64,000 nt of DNA, taken from NCBI GenBank assembly GCA_000934665.2, contig KZ538461.1, positions 1 to 64,000 on the forward strand, given 5' to 3'. The notes below the pieces were generated by a model. It was not told the origin of the DNA. It worked only from the letters and a program-made list of their open reading frames with translations, and did no database searches. Below, one piece after another: positions 52,879 to 64,000 of the stretch; within the stretch, counting starts at the first letter, position 1, and each line of letters begins with the position of its first letter. The position numbers were made by a program, and so were the translations under genes. Source of the DNA: Catajapyx aquilonaris (lineage: Eukaryota).

Positions 52879-55804
52879 ATAGAAGAGGACGTTGTTGGTG
52901 ACAGGAATCTCTGCCAGGCTGGTCAGCAGCCTGTCAGTTCTCTGAAAGCGAGGTGATAGGACGAGCAAGTTTACATCATGGGATTTGCAGATCAAGAAAA
53001 CTACTTCGTTGCCAGACACTGGATTTTTTAAATAGTAAAAACACAACAATAAGGTTGAATCAATGAGAGCGACAAAGCACGCTGTGCAGATATCAGAGGT
53101 GGTGACAAAGTTAAAAAGGACCCAACCTCCTGTTGCCAGATTGTAAATTATTTGTAATGTGCAGTTATATATATTAAAAAATTGGGTTTTCTTTTTGTAG
53201 GTTGTATGGCGTGAACCTCAGCCACCAACCATGCATGGGTAATAATTTTAATATGCTTTTGGGACGTCCATCTTTTAATGGTGTTAAATCATTCTGACTA
53301 GTCGTGGCTTCTTGGCAAAAGGCGAAGTTTATGGTACTTCTGTCAGGTGGTTTCTCATGCTAGCCAGCATTTTTTGGATGCTGTGTTTTTCTCAGTAGGA
53401 GGACTTAAATGTGCTTTGGTAATTGCCAGTTTTAAAAATCTTGTGGGACCAGTTGGTAGGACGTGAAAGGGAGTGTTTTTGGACTAATATGGTGGGATCA
53501 AAGGGGACTGAGTCATCGGCTGATTGGCTGAGAAGAGAAAAATCGAGTCTTCCAACTGGATTTAAATATTCTGTCACCTTGTTTGCTGTTCTTGTTTCTT
53601 AATAGCTCTGGTTTGTTACTTTTTGCAGTGTTTTGACTATATTAATTACCCGAGAAAATCTCAGCATCAGTGTTGTAAAATACCTGTTATTAAGTTACAC
53701 TATCCAGCTGTGTACGCAGATCAGTTGGAAGTAGGCGTATGATATGATAAATGTAATGTGATGTAACATTTTTAAATGTGGAAGTTAAGAAGGGTGTGGT
53801 AACAAGAGCTGCAGTTTTTGGAAGCAATAACTATAACTTAACTTCTCCCCCAAAAATATGCTGATCAATCGCCGCTTCACAAGTGCAATCGCCGCTTCAC
53901 AAGTGCCATCGCCTTTTCGAGAATGAGACGTCACAGTTAAAAAAAAAAAGGTGGACTCTTACTTCCCCAACCCTCTTCAGATCTAGTGACCTCATGTGGT
54001 TGAGGCAAGCTATTATTGTAAAATAACTTCCATTTTGTAAGCGCTTCGTCTACTTTGTTACGTACATGTAGTTACGTTTTTCACCTTAGCTGGTAAGACC
54101 GTCAATGTCGTGTTAACCACCAAGTAATTGGATAAAGTTTATTTTGGAATTTTTTTTTGACAATGTTGTAGAGTATTGTAAGCTATGCCGAATGATACTA
54201 CTAAGATGATGTATCCAACACCAATTTTTGCGGATCGACAGATATTGGTTCAGAAGATGTGTACATGTTGGTGCCAACAAATAAACTGAAAGGTAGCATT
54301 GCATCATAAGCTTGCTCATCTGAGATGTAACTCATAATGTTCCTATTCTGAATGGCCAAAGGATTCTACTGAAAATAATTTCCCATTATTTATGGCAATA
54401 AGTGAGGTCCAATTTTGCACATGGTTCACTAAAACTGAAATTGATTATGCATCTCTTCCAATATAATACAATGAGAAATCAGTTTCTTGTGAACATTAAT
54501 GCCAGTTTAATATAGAAATACCATTGCCATAAAAATAGAAATTTTGACTTTTCTCAAGAGGCAGAAATTTAAAAAACTGCAAATTCCTATATGTGGATCT
54601 GTTACACTGAATGAGCTTATTTTGCAATTCTAGCACATTTAAATAGTTTGTACCATCGTACACCTTTTGGATGAAATAGTTAATCTGCAATAATATGGAA
54701 CCTGGATAATGTCAATCATATTTGTAGTATCCTTTAGCTGGTGGCTTCAAAACTGCACAACAGAACCAGCATTCAGATGCCTCCTGACCTCAGTACAGTT
54801 TGTCAACTTTTAGTCCTTCTGTGAGGTACTGTTTATGTCCAAGTCTGGGAGCAGTGGGGTGGAAGCAATGCTGTGGAGATATCAAGCCCACTGGTTGCTA
54901 GCAGTTGGCATCCATACTATTGGGATGCCGTTAGCAGAAAGGTATGAGGCTGATTGGGTGGAACAGGTGGACTGGCAGATGTAGGTGGGAACACATTGTA
55001 AAATTATGAGCCAGCTTCAATGTTTGACAGTTGATTGTCAATCACATGCCAGCAAGGTTATATTACTGGGAGTGATAAAAAGGTGTATGTTGTGTGTCCA
55101 ATGTGCAGTGCATTTTATCCAAATACTTTGATTATTATTGAGTGAAAGACTAGGAGGTCAGCTCGAAAGTTACTTCTCTTTTTTTTTACATGTATTATAG
55201 TAAAATAAATAATAAAAATCTCAATTGACATGACTTGTTGAGATGTTTTGGTCCATAAACTGACAATGGTTTCAAACATTTTCCTCCAAGATGACAGGAT
55301 GGCCACCAATGGAGGCTACGTGAAAATTGGCACCTTCCAAATTTCACTATTTAGATTGTTAAACCCAGCCAAAGAACATCATTAATTTTGGCCCAAATAG
55401 CTAAAAAGTGGTGGAGGGCACATTGGTATGGTACCTTTCACGAGGAATCTATTCCATCGACTAGTGGACCTCATAGTCCTTGACTAATTGAGGTGGGTTG
55501 GGTATATATATTCCTAAAGGGAGCCAGCTTGCAGCTTCAATTTTGATGATGATCGAATTTTTTCTCTCTCCAATAAGTATACATCATAAAAACACCTGGG
55601 GATATTTGGTGTACTCGTCTGTGGTGCAGAGTATTGATTCAGAAAATAATGCTTTCATGAGTGTATTGCAGTTTATTGTCTAAAAATACACCTCACAAAA
55701 CACTAGATCGGCGAGACCTTCCTTTCTATTGAGATTATGTACAGCAGATTTTTTAAATTATTCACAAATGAAGTTAAATCCGCATATGACAGCCTCAACT
55801 ATAT

Positions 55805-56053
55805 GAATGGGTTAGTGCCATAACGTGCTAAGCCACAAAACCTTCATTCTGAGATATGGGCTTTCAAAAGTTTGGCTTAACATGGCAAATCATACAAAAC
55901 AAGGAACATTATTCGTGATTTTCTCGTGATCTATGGGGAATTTTTCTAACTACGTGATGCCCACTTGTGAAGCACGATGGTGGGACTTTCAGACACGTGC
56001 AAGCTCAAAAAACACAAAAGTGTGGCTTAGCACGTTATGGCACTAACCCCTTC
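55805..56053. mobile_element. MITE with about 33-bp TIRs
   Basis: gaatgggttagtgccataacgtgctaagccac ... gtggcttagcacgttatggcactaaccccttc, flanked by atat on both sides (possible 4-bp TSD, Sola-like). Confidence 0.75.
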
Positions 56054-57896
56054 ATATGACAGACTTTCGGTTATAGCAGACTTTGTTCCCTTGAAGTAAG
56101 CTATAACTTATAATATAATTGAAACAAGGTAGCCAGTTGCCAAAATTTGGCAAAAGTGGTAAGTGTCTCTCTCCCTCTGACGTCCACCCTCTCTCCCGCT
56201 CTCTTCTGGCTGAGAGACATCTTGCCCCTGTGTTGAGGATTGTGTTCAGCGCCGGATTTGCACCCCCCCCCCCNCACGGCCTGACGCTTAAAATGCAATT
56301 TTTTATTGTGTTCTCTCCTTTATTTAATGCTATTTTATTTTTAAAATATTTTGTTGAAAGTTATGGCCGCCCTTCGACCATACCTTTTCTGCCTGTAGTG
56401 GTAAATGAAGCTCTGAAAAATTCGTTTTTCTTTGTGATCTCGCATTCATTTCCTATTATTGTAATATGTGAGATACCATATATTATTTATTGCAACTCGC
56501 GGGATATGGGATATCCGGCGCTGATTGTGTTCATGATCAGGTTGCGAATAATGCGTATGTTGCCCGCACCTGTTTTCCTCTCTACAGTACAACGTCTTCG
56601 AGTAAGGAGCAGGACGGAGGAGAGCAGCCCCCGGACACTTTCCGTCGACTTTTAAGTATGGTAATGATATATCATTACTTAAAAGGAACCAATATTTGTT
56701 GCTGTGATCAATAATTTTCTCCTTATTCATTACTTAAAAGGAACCAATACGTCGTATTGAGTCAGTTTTGTTGTTGTGATCAATAATTTTCTCCACATTA
56801 AGATCTCAAACGTGAAGAATTTTTCATTAGCAATTTCAGACACTCTCAAAATCTCAGGTTTTGTAGATTTGAAAGGCATATATTTCTCTCCGATTTTAAA
56901 AAGTCGCATATTTTGACATTATGGCCAAGTCCGCCTGGTCTACTGTGCAATGGTATGAAACTTTACACTGTATACAGCGTTCAATTATCTATATTATCAA
57001 ATATTATTAAAATCCTACTGGGTGGTTCCATTTCAGATCAGCCAGTGAGTGAAAAAAGTGTCAAGTCATAGTCATCGATTTTTTGCAAAAAATATATGTG
57101 AAACCCACATCCAATTGAACTCTTATGGAGCAATCAGTTTTACCAGATTAAATTTAGTTATCGAGATATTAATATTTCTTTGAAGGGGTACCAAAATCAC
57201 AATCACGCGAAGACGCACTTTTTCCCGCTTTTTTCCATTGCTTTCAATGAGTATATCTCGGGAACTGTTCTGAGAACCTGCAAAAAAAATCTCCAATCTT
57301 GCATATTTTGGTCAAAATGCGCATATTTCACACCGTTTAATACACCGTTACTGTAAACGTGACGGTTGTGCTGATTATATTTTGTGACGTACTTGGTGAC
57401 CTCCTACAGGTTATGAAATAAAACCTTCGTTAGCTCCGCGTGTAGTTGAGATATGCAAGGTGAAAATATGGCAACAAGCGAAAACACGCATATTTACAAA
57501 ATTATTTTCTCAAAAGAGGAATTTTTAATATTTTATTTCTTATTTTTTATTTTACAAGGAAAGGCATGGTATAAAATTACGTAGTGTCAAAACCCGGTAT
57601 GTATTTTTTATAAGTGAGATACAAATTTTAGTAAAGTGACAACTTTCGTGATTGTCCTACAATATGCACACTTCAAATAAATATTTTCTCGAAAAAGCCA
57701 TTTTAAATATTTAATCTTGATTTTTTCTATAACAAAGTAGAATGCGTTCTATTATTAAATTATATCAACATTCTCTATATATTTGTATTCAGTGAGATAC
57801 GAATTTATTACTGAGCGGTGATTTTTGTTTTTATGCATAGCAACAACATGCACATTTCAAAAATTAATATCTGGAAAACGCCATTTTAAATATGCA

Positions 57897-57969
57897 ATAT
57901 TATTTTATATTATCTTCATAAAGGAAAGACAACCTGTCTTTCCTTTATGAAGATAATATAAAATAATAT
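57897..57969. repeat. Perfect 35-bp-arm palindrome with a 3-nt loop
   Basis: atattattttatattatcttcataaaggaaagaca-acc-tgtctttcctttatgaagataatataaaataatat. Confidence 0.9.
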
Positions 57970-58156
57970 CAAAACCTGCTCTAGATTTTTTATGAATGAG
58001 ATGCAAATTTCGGAAAAGTGGTATTTTTTGCTTTCATTTAGTGTCTTTCACTTATTTTGTTCATTCTTAGAGTGGGTGTTCATTCTTAGAGTGGGTGGTC
58101 CATGTTGGGCCCCCCAATGTAGCCCTCCCCTTTCGTACCTGTAAAGTTCAGCCTTA

Positions 58157-58283
58157 TGCCTGGTTGCACCAACAAAATTACCGGTCCGATAGCTCCTAAC
58201 GGACCGATAGCACATGTTAAAAGGTCTACCTATCTGTCCATTAGGAGCTATCGGACCGGTAATTTTGTTGGTGCAACCAGGCA
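58157..58283. mobile_element. PIF/Harbinger-like MITE
   Basis: tgcctggttgcaccaacaaaattaccggtccgatagctcctaa ... ttaggagctatcggaccggtaattttgttggtgcaaccaggca, with a TTA TSD on both sides. Confidence 0.85.
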
Positions 58284-59459
58284 TTAGTCCGGTAGGGTCG
58301 CCACATATGTGCTCTGGGAAATGTCTCGTGGCGGTCTCAGGTGAGCACCAGTGCATAATCCCTCGGCAGGGGGTGGGTGGGGAGTGACCTAACCTGAGTC
58401 TTCTACAGCCATGGTCCGGATGCTAAGGGTTTTAACTTTGCATTTTGTGATAAAAGTATAGAATTTTGGACAAAAAAAAGAGAGAAAAAAACGGCCCAAA
58501 AACCTGCCAAAAACTCTGCTGTCAAAGGGTTAAACAATACAGACTTTTCATATTCCTTTGCTAGCTGTTCCAAAAATCTGCAAGTGCATGATACATTTTG
58601 TATGAGGGAAAGAAAAGGGACACATGGGATTATACAGTTTCATGACTCATGTTGCACCCTCAATAACTATTATTTCCAATGATCTTCAAAAATTTATTCC
58701 TTCGGCACTGATAATTTCAGGTGGTGTCCAAGTTGAAACCCACAATGGGGAAACAGGGGAGATTGCTGGATTAGTCACATCTGGGTAATGTAAAGGAAGT
58801 TGAAGGCCTATAATAAAAGGCAGAGGAAGACTCAATTTGTGCCGAGTCAGGATTGAAGTTTGGTGCAGCAGAGGAGTCATTACTCCACCCATTTCCTCCT
58901 GCACCCCCCCCCCCACCCCNCCCCCCCCCCCCCCCCCCCCAAGTTGTTCAACTTGCATAAGTGTTGCATTGATACAAAATTACTTGCATACATCTCATTT
59001 CATCGTTACAGGACAAAAATTACAGGCTGGAAGATTGAAAGTCATGAAGCAAACATTGTTCATTTTTAAAAGCTGCCAAGAATCAACATTCTGCACTCTT
59101 GATGTTATTTTGATCACTTGGAAATGCATAGGATGTATCCAAAACACACATTTTATGTACAGGTCAACAGGTCACAACCTACAACAAGGAAAGTTAATGG
59201 GATAGGGATATGTTTTTAAAAATGTTTGGGTTTATCTGGGATGTCCGGGACTTTGATTCATGTGGCCAGTCTTTCACGAATGCTTGGCATTTTCGGCAGC
59301 CCTGCAAGGGGATCAAGAATTTCATTTAGAAAGCACTGCATTAATAAAGCGTACCTGTGCTCTAGACAAGCTATGAGAAAGAGTGCATATAGAAAATAGA
59401 GCCATCACCATTAGTCTGGAAGAATTAAATTTCGTGTGCCCCCGGTGCATTTTGTGTTC

Positions 59460-61812
59460 TTACGCTCGTGCTTGAGCTGCCTGCTGTGCCTGGACAAACT
59501 CCGAGTAGTCGATGAAACCGTCGCCATTCTTGTCGTCATTGGCCAGTATGGGATCAATCAAACTGATGAGTTCTTCGTCTTTGAATATCTTTTCCTCAGG
59601 GATAGGCATTCCTGAGTTTGGATTATGGTTGGCCTGGTCTGGAAGGCAGATCAACAGATCACACCACTAAAATAAACTGTATCATTTAACATACCATGCC
59701 AGTGTATGAGTGACTTTACAAGTTCTGAGCCATCCAGTTTGTTGTTGTTGTCAGCATCATGCATTTTGAAGTAGTGGAATTGCAGTTCTTGCTCAGACAT
59801 CTGGGACACATCCAAAGGAACTTCCATGTGCTCCTTTAGGTGACTGTAAAGAGAAGGTACCCATGATCCCTCATGTGTATTGACTACATCAGGCCATTCT
59901 AAGTAATTGAAAATAATATTTAAAAAAATACACCCATAAGATTGGGCTGCACCATTGAAGATAGATTTACTACTAAGGATTTATCCTTAGCATTCCTTGT
60001 TGTCACCTGTTGGATTTATTGTTACCAACAATAAATAAGGTCATCAATCTACCTTCAATGATGGAACCTAGTCTAAGTCATGATCCAGCTCCCTTGCTCG
60101 AACTTGATTAGTACAGCAAGTTAGGGCAGGAGTTAACCCCAGTCTGGCACTCTGAAGTGACTCCTATCCCTGTAATATAAGAAGTCCTCTTGTCATAATA
60201 ATTATCCTCTTCACCCCCATCCACCTGAATCTAGGTGAGGAGAACTCGACTGCAGAGTACCAGCTATACCTCCATTCCCTAGATTTTCACTTACAAATAC
60301 TCTGAAGATGAGGACAAGATATTTTACAAATAGTCCTAACAACAGCTATACAACAGCTATACAGCTATCCTGATAGGCCGAGTCAGGATTGAAGTTTGGT
60401 GCAGCAGAGGAGTCATTACTCCACCCATTTCCTCCTGCACCCCCCCCCCCCCCCCNATGCCCTACAACAGTGGTTACCAAACTTTTTGTCCCATGGAGCC
60501 CCCTTTATAGAAAGAATTCGACAGCAGAGCCTCTGACTTTTTTTCACTTTCAATGGGTGTGTATCGCTGAAAAATATGGATACTATTTTGCATTTGGTTT
60601 CAATGAAAATCATCTCCATCTTTTTGCTTGATATAATACAGTACAGTCATACATAGAAGATGAAAAACAAAAAATCATCAGTTTGGCGATGTACGGTTTT
60701 AGGGATAGCTGCAGAAAAATGCCATGCTCTGTGTTGAAGCGGCTCCTATACTTGGTTTTAGTTACTGCATAGGCAGAAAATCCAGATTCACACAAATAAG
60801 TGGTAGCAAAAGGAAAATAAATTTAAAAAAATTGGCAAGTGGTTAAAATTCGTCTTTTAACCATATGACGCCTACGAACATCATAATTATGATGTCCTTC
60901 ACCATTTTTGAATCTGGCGGCAAAGTGTTTGCATGCAGAGGCAAAGTTGGAGGGCTGTGAAAGCGATGATTAAGAAGACAAAGGACCTGTCCGCAGTGTT
61001 CTGCACAGTTCTGAGTTGAGCATGGGACGGAATATCAGATGATGTACTCTCCCCTTCTTGTCCTCAACTCTTCTCCCCACTACTAGAGATGAAGCGAGTT
61101 TGCGCAAGAAAAAAGAGAAATTCCGCGAGAAGCAGAAGATGGACTACGATCGCCTTTAAGCCATTTACGTCCAGGAGACCAGGTGAGTGACCAGACTCCA
61201 GAGGAGGTGAGTGACCAACAGACTCCAGAAGAGGTGAGACCTACACCGGACTCCTACACCTACTGGACTCGTTCTGGACGATTTGTGAGGCCTCCTGTCC
61301 GGATGGACTTTTGACCTCCAGAGAAGGGGGGATGTTGTATAGTTACTATGTATCCATAGTAATGTATTGTCATTGTTGATTAAACTTGTTAGATGACATT
61401 CCAAAGCCTAGTCAAGTCTTTCGATAGCTCCCTCCTAACACAACATGTATATCACTAGATTACACCTGCAAGAAGTGTATCAGGGTACCTGTAATACTCA
61501 CTCTTTGTCTTTCGATATCTGAGAAGCATCAAGAATATTCTGCCCGCCAAAATGCTGTCCGCCATGTGCGTGTCCTCCATGGCCATGTCCATGTCCACTT
61601 TGAAACTGTTGCCCCTGCTGTCCTTGAAATTGCTGTCCCTGCTGTGACTGGAACTGCTGCTGCTGCTGCTGCTGTCCTGTTGGCTGATGAAATTGTTGCT
61701 GTTGTCCTGGTGGCTGCTGGAACTGTCCCTGCCCTGTTGCTGAAGCCTGTTGATACTGTTGGTGCTGTTGCTGTCCCTGGAATTGTTGCTGCTGTGGTGG
61801 CTGGTTTGGTAC
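59460..61812 (-). CDS. MCFD2: Multiple coagulation factor deficiency 2-like EF-hand protein, 5'-partial. Exons: 61812-61502, 59843-59695, 59638-59460; first (signal peptide) exon not identified
   Basis: [42 protein letters not shown] and [27 protein letters not shown] are the MCFD2 signature EF-hands. The GT-AG junctions are in phase. The upstream exon is Gln-rich and then GHGHG-rich. Confidence 0.88.
60468..60860 (-). mobile_element. hAT (Charlie/ZBED5-like) transposon remnant
   Basis: TIR-like cagtggttaccaaactttt at 60468. The minus strand encodes [27 protein letters not shown] (hAT C-terminal dimerisation motif). Confidence 0.8.
60865..61445 (+). mobile_element. Gypsy-type LTR retrotransposon 3' remnant (integrase tail, PPT, 113-bp 3' LTR at 61333-61445)
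   Basis: Degenerate integrase-like peptides ([51 protein letters not shown]). The polypurine tract agagaagggggga is directly followed by TGTTGT...attaaa...ACAACA. Confidence 0.75.
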
Positions 61813-62375
61813 CTAGTTTGTAGTCAATGAATAAATGGAAGCTTTGTGGCACAAAAACAGCAAGAGTCTAGAATGACTTTGACCAGAATGGTAAACAGAG
61901 TTAACAGACCTGCTCTTTGCAATGCAACTGCTAAAATAGCTAAATGTTTATTCTGTTCCAGAAAAGTGCGAGTAAAATAAGAGTAATTGTGATTGTGGAA
62001 TATCACCAACAGACTCCAGAAGAGGTGAGACCTACACCGGACTCCTACACCTACCGGACAGTAACATGTACATTGGAGTTAGCTTACTTTTGTATTCCAC
62101 ACTCCCCTGGAAGAGAAAACTGAAACAACTCCAAGAGGGCTCCATGAGGAGGGGGTTACTACAAACATGTGCTGTGCAGTACCTACATGTCCAACAAGCA
62201 TAGTTTCAACATGGATGGGTGTTGAATCGTCAGCTGCAACTGCCCTGAAAATTCCATGCATGTGTGATGGTCCCTTCTATGCTTTCCGAGGGGTCAGTGC
62301 AAGAAGAGCATAAGTCCTTTTTTCACTTCACTGGAGTTAGCTCGGTTTTGATTTCCGTGGTTCAATTGATTTATT

Positions 62376-62859
62376 CAGGGTGGCCATAAAGTCTGGAACC
62401 AATCAGAGTATTGTTTTCTTATTACAGGTGAGCTACGGCACTGACAAAATACAGCCGAGTGGTGTTAATTCTTCTTTGTGGACGAGAGGGATGGATTCAA
62501 AGGGATGTGGCAGCCGAGTTAAATAAGAGAGATCTGGAGGTCAATAAGCCAATTAGCAATTTTCCAACTGCATTACGGCCCATTCAAAGCGTTGCGCATG
62601 TTTACATGAGTCATGATTGGTCCACGGTGTCAACGCGACCAAAGACCAAAACCGTCGACGGTCTGTGTGAATGGGCCTTTATGGCTTCTTAACCTCTCCT
62701 GATGCTTCCTACTGAACTCAGACACCACTTCCCTCTGCATTCATCCCTCTCGCCCACAAAGAAGAATTAACACCACTCAGTTGTATTTTGTCAGTGCAAT
62801 AGCTCACCTGTAATACGAAAACAATACTCCCATTGGTTCCAGACTTTATGGCCACCCTG
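62376..62859. mobile_element. Tc1/mariner-type internally deleted element
   Basis: TIRs cagggtggccataaagtctggaaccaat / attggttccagactttatggccaccctg-TA; the inner acaggtgagcta / tagctcacctgt also match. Confidence 0.85.
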
Positions 62860-63619
62860 TATTTTATCAGTATGTGAAAGTCATAAACTATGTTTACCCT
62901 CGATTGAAGAAATGTAGGTTAGTGTCTCTTTTTTCAAATAAGGTATCTCATTTTTTGTTTCATCTGCAGTTGGTACTACAAAAATCCATGAAAAATCCAT
63001 GGGTACATTTCAGTTTCCTGATACCCACTATGGATGTTTTCTGCAACGGCCCTCCCATCTGTTATAGTCAGCATGTCACCTTTCACATTTCCATGGAAAT
63101 GCTATCACATAGCAAAAGAAGTAAGCAGTGTCAACAATGGAACAATTCCATAAGTGCATTCAAAAATGATTCTTGTCTTTGCCTTTTGCTGCCCCCCTCC
63201 ACAGCTTGCTGATACACAAGGTGTAAATGAATTCAACCGACAAACTGGTAGGGGTAACAGAGGGAACCAAGACAAACTTTAAAAATATATATACAGGGTG
63301 CTCAAAAACTCGCGGAAAGTGGCCACGTAGCCTGATAGGGCTCGCAAAACTAATATAGGGATGTGGAAGTAGTTTTGGGCTAACTTGCATAGTTTTTGCG
63401 TACGACGCCTTCAAGATTTCCGAAGATTCATGATGTCACATCCGCCTTGAGGCCCCATTGCGTCATCATACATGCTATTGTGGCTGTTGCCATTGGCACT
63501 GATTATTGTTGCGAATATTGTCAACTGTGATTGTTGAGAAATAAACAACGATTTCAGTCTGGCAACAATAACGGCTTTCTGGCTGGGATGTGCAAGGTGC
63601 AAGTGCAATTCTCAAATGG

Positions 63620-63790
63620 TACATTTTGTGAACTCCCCCAGGTGGATTAGTCTGAGGAGATTCCACCCGAAACGAAGCCAGAGACGACCCAACTCTGCAC
63701 GAGATGAAGGGGGAAATCCCGGACTGGGATCGAACCCGGGACCTTAATATCCGTGGGCGCATACGTTTCTGCAGCGCCACTTTGTCTCCC
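63620..63790 (-). mobile_element. Possible tRNA-derived SINE head
   Basis: Minus-strand B box GGTTCGATCCC (63726-63736) downstream of a degenerate A box (gtggcgctgcag); boundaries are uncertain. Confidence 0.4.
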
Positions 63791-64000
63791 CTACCAAGAC
63801 AAACATATTTGACATAGGAAACCGTGTCCGGAAATGCCATCGAGAGGGGGTTCATAGACAAAGAACGGGTAGGCTCAGAAGCGTCAGGCTGGCGGTGTTA
63901 GCGAGCGGACCGTTTAGTTGCTAGGTGGCGCGTGGATTGTACGCAACTTCGCAATTCCCCATAACCTGGCAAAAACAGACTTCCCAGGTAGCACAAAAAG

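Noticed and set aside
53867..53906. Short 2-copy tandem duplications (also about 56673-56795 and 58060-58097)
   Set aside because: These are ordinary slippage duplications with no further structure.
62088..62106. 19-nt micro-exon candidate upstream of the MCFD2 Gln-rich exon (ttccag|GGGAGTGTGGAATACAAAA|gtaagc on the minus strand)
   Set aside because: The splice signals look good, but no upstream exon or homology supports it.

Overview
Eukaryotic (invertebrate, probably arthropod-like) genomic DNA with GT-AG spliced genes and many transposon relics. Five protein-coding genes could be reconstructed by hand: (1) an intronless C2H2 zinc-finger ORF with four near-identical 75-bp coding repeats (510-1637, -); (2) a 3-exon arylamine N-acetyltransferase (NAT)-like gene with an intact Cys-His-Asp triad (5707-13435, +); (3) an 11-exon LRP11-like receptor with MANSC, LDLa, Pro/Gln-rich stalk, TM and DYLVNGMYL tail (39038-13755, -); (4) a 4-exon PPP1R14/CPI-17-family PP1 inhibitor (42165-52878, +), head-to-head with gene 3; (5) the last three exons of an MCFD2-like EF-hand gene with a Gln/His-rich N-terminal region (61812-59460, -). 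Mobile DNA includes an LTR plus PBS at the left edge, a Gypsy 3' remnant, mariner and hAT remnants, several MITEs and two tRNA-headed SINEs with 15-bp TSDs and a shared 3' tail. Several of these are nested inside one another. A 505-nt poly-A run and several N gaps are probably assembly artefacts. No clearly novel multi-gene system is evident. The most notable items are the spliced NAT, the nested foldback/SINE/MITE structure in its intron, the shared SINE tail, and several local templated duplications and inversions. All coordinates were counted by eye, and no database searches were run.
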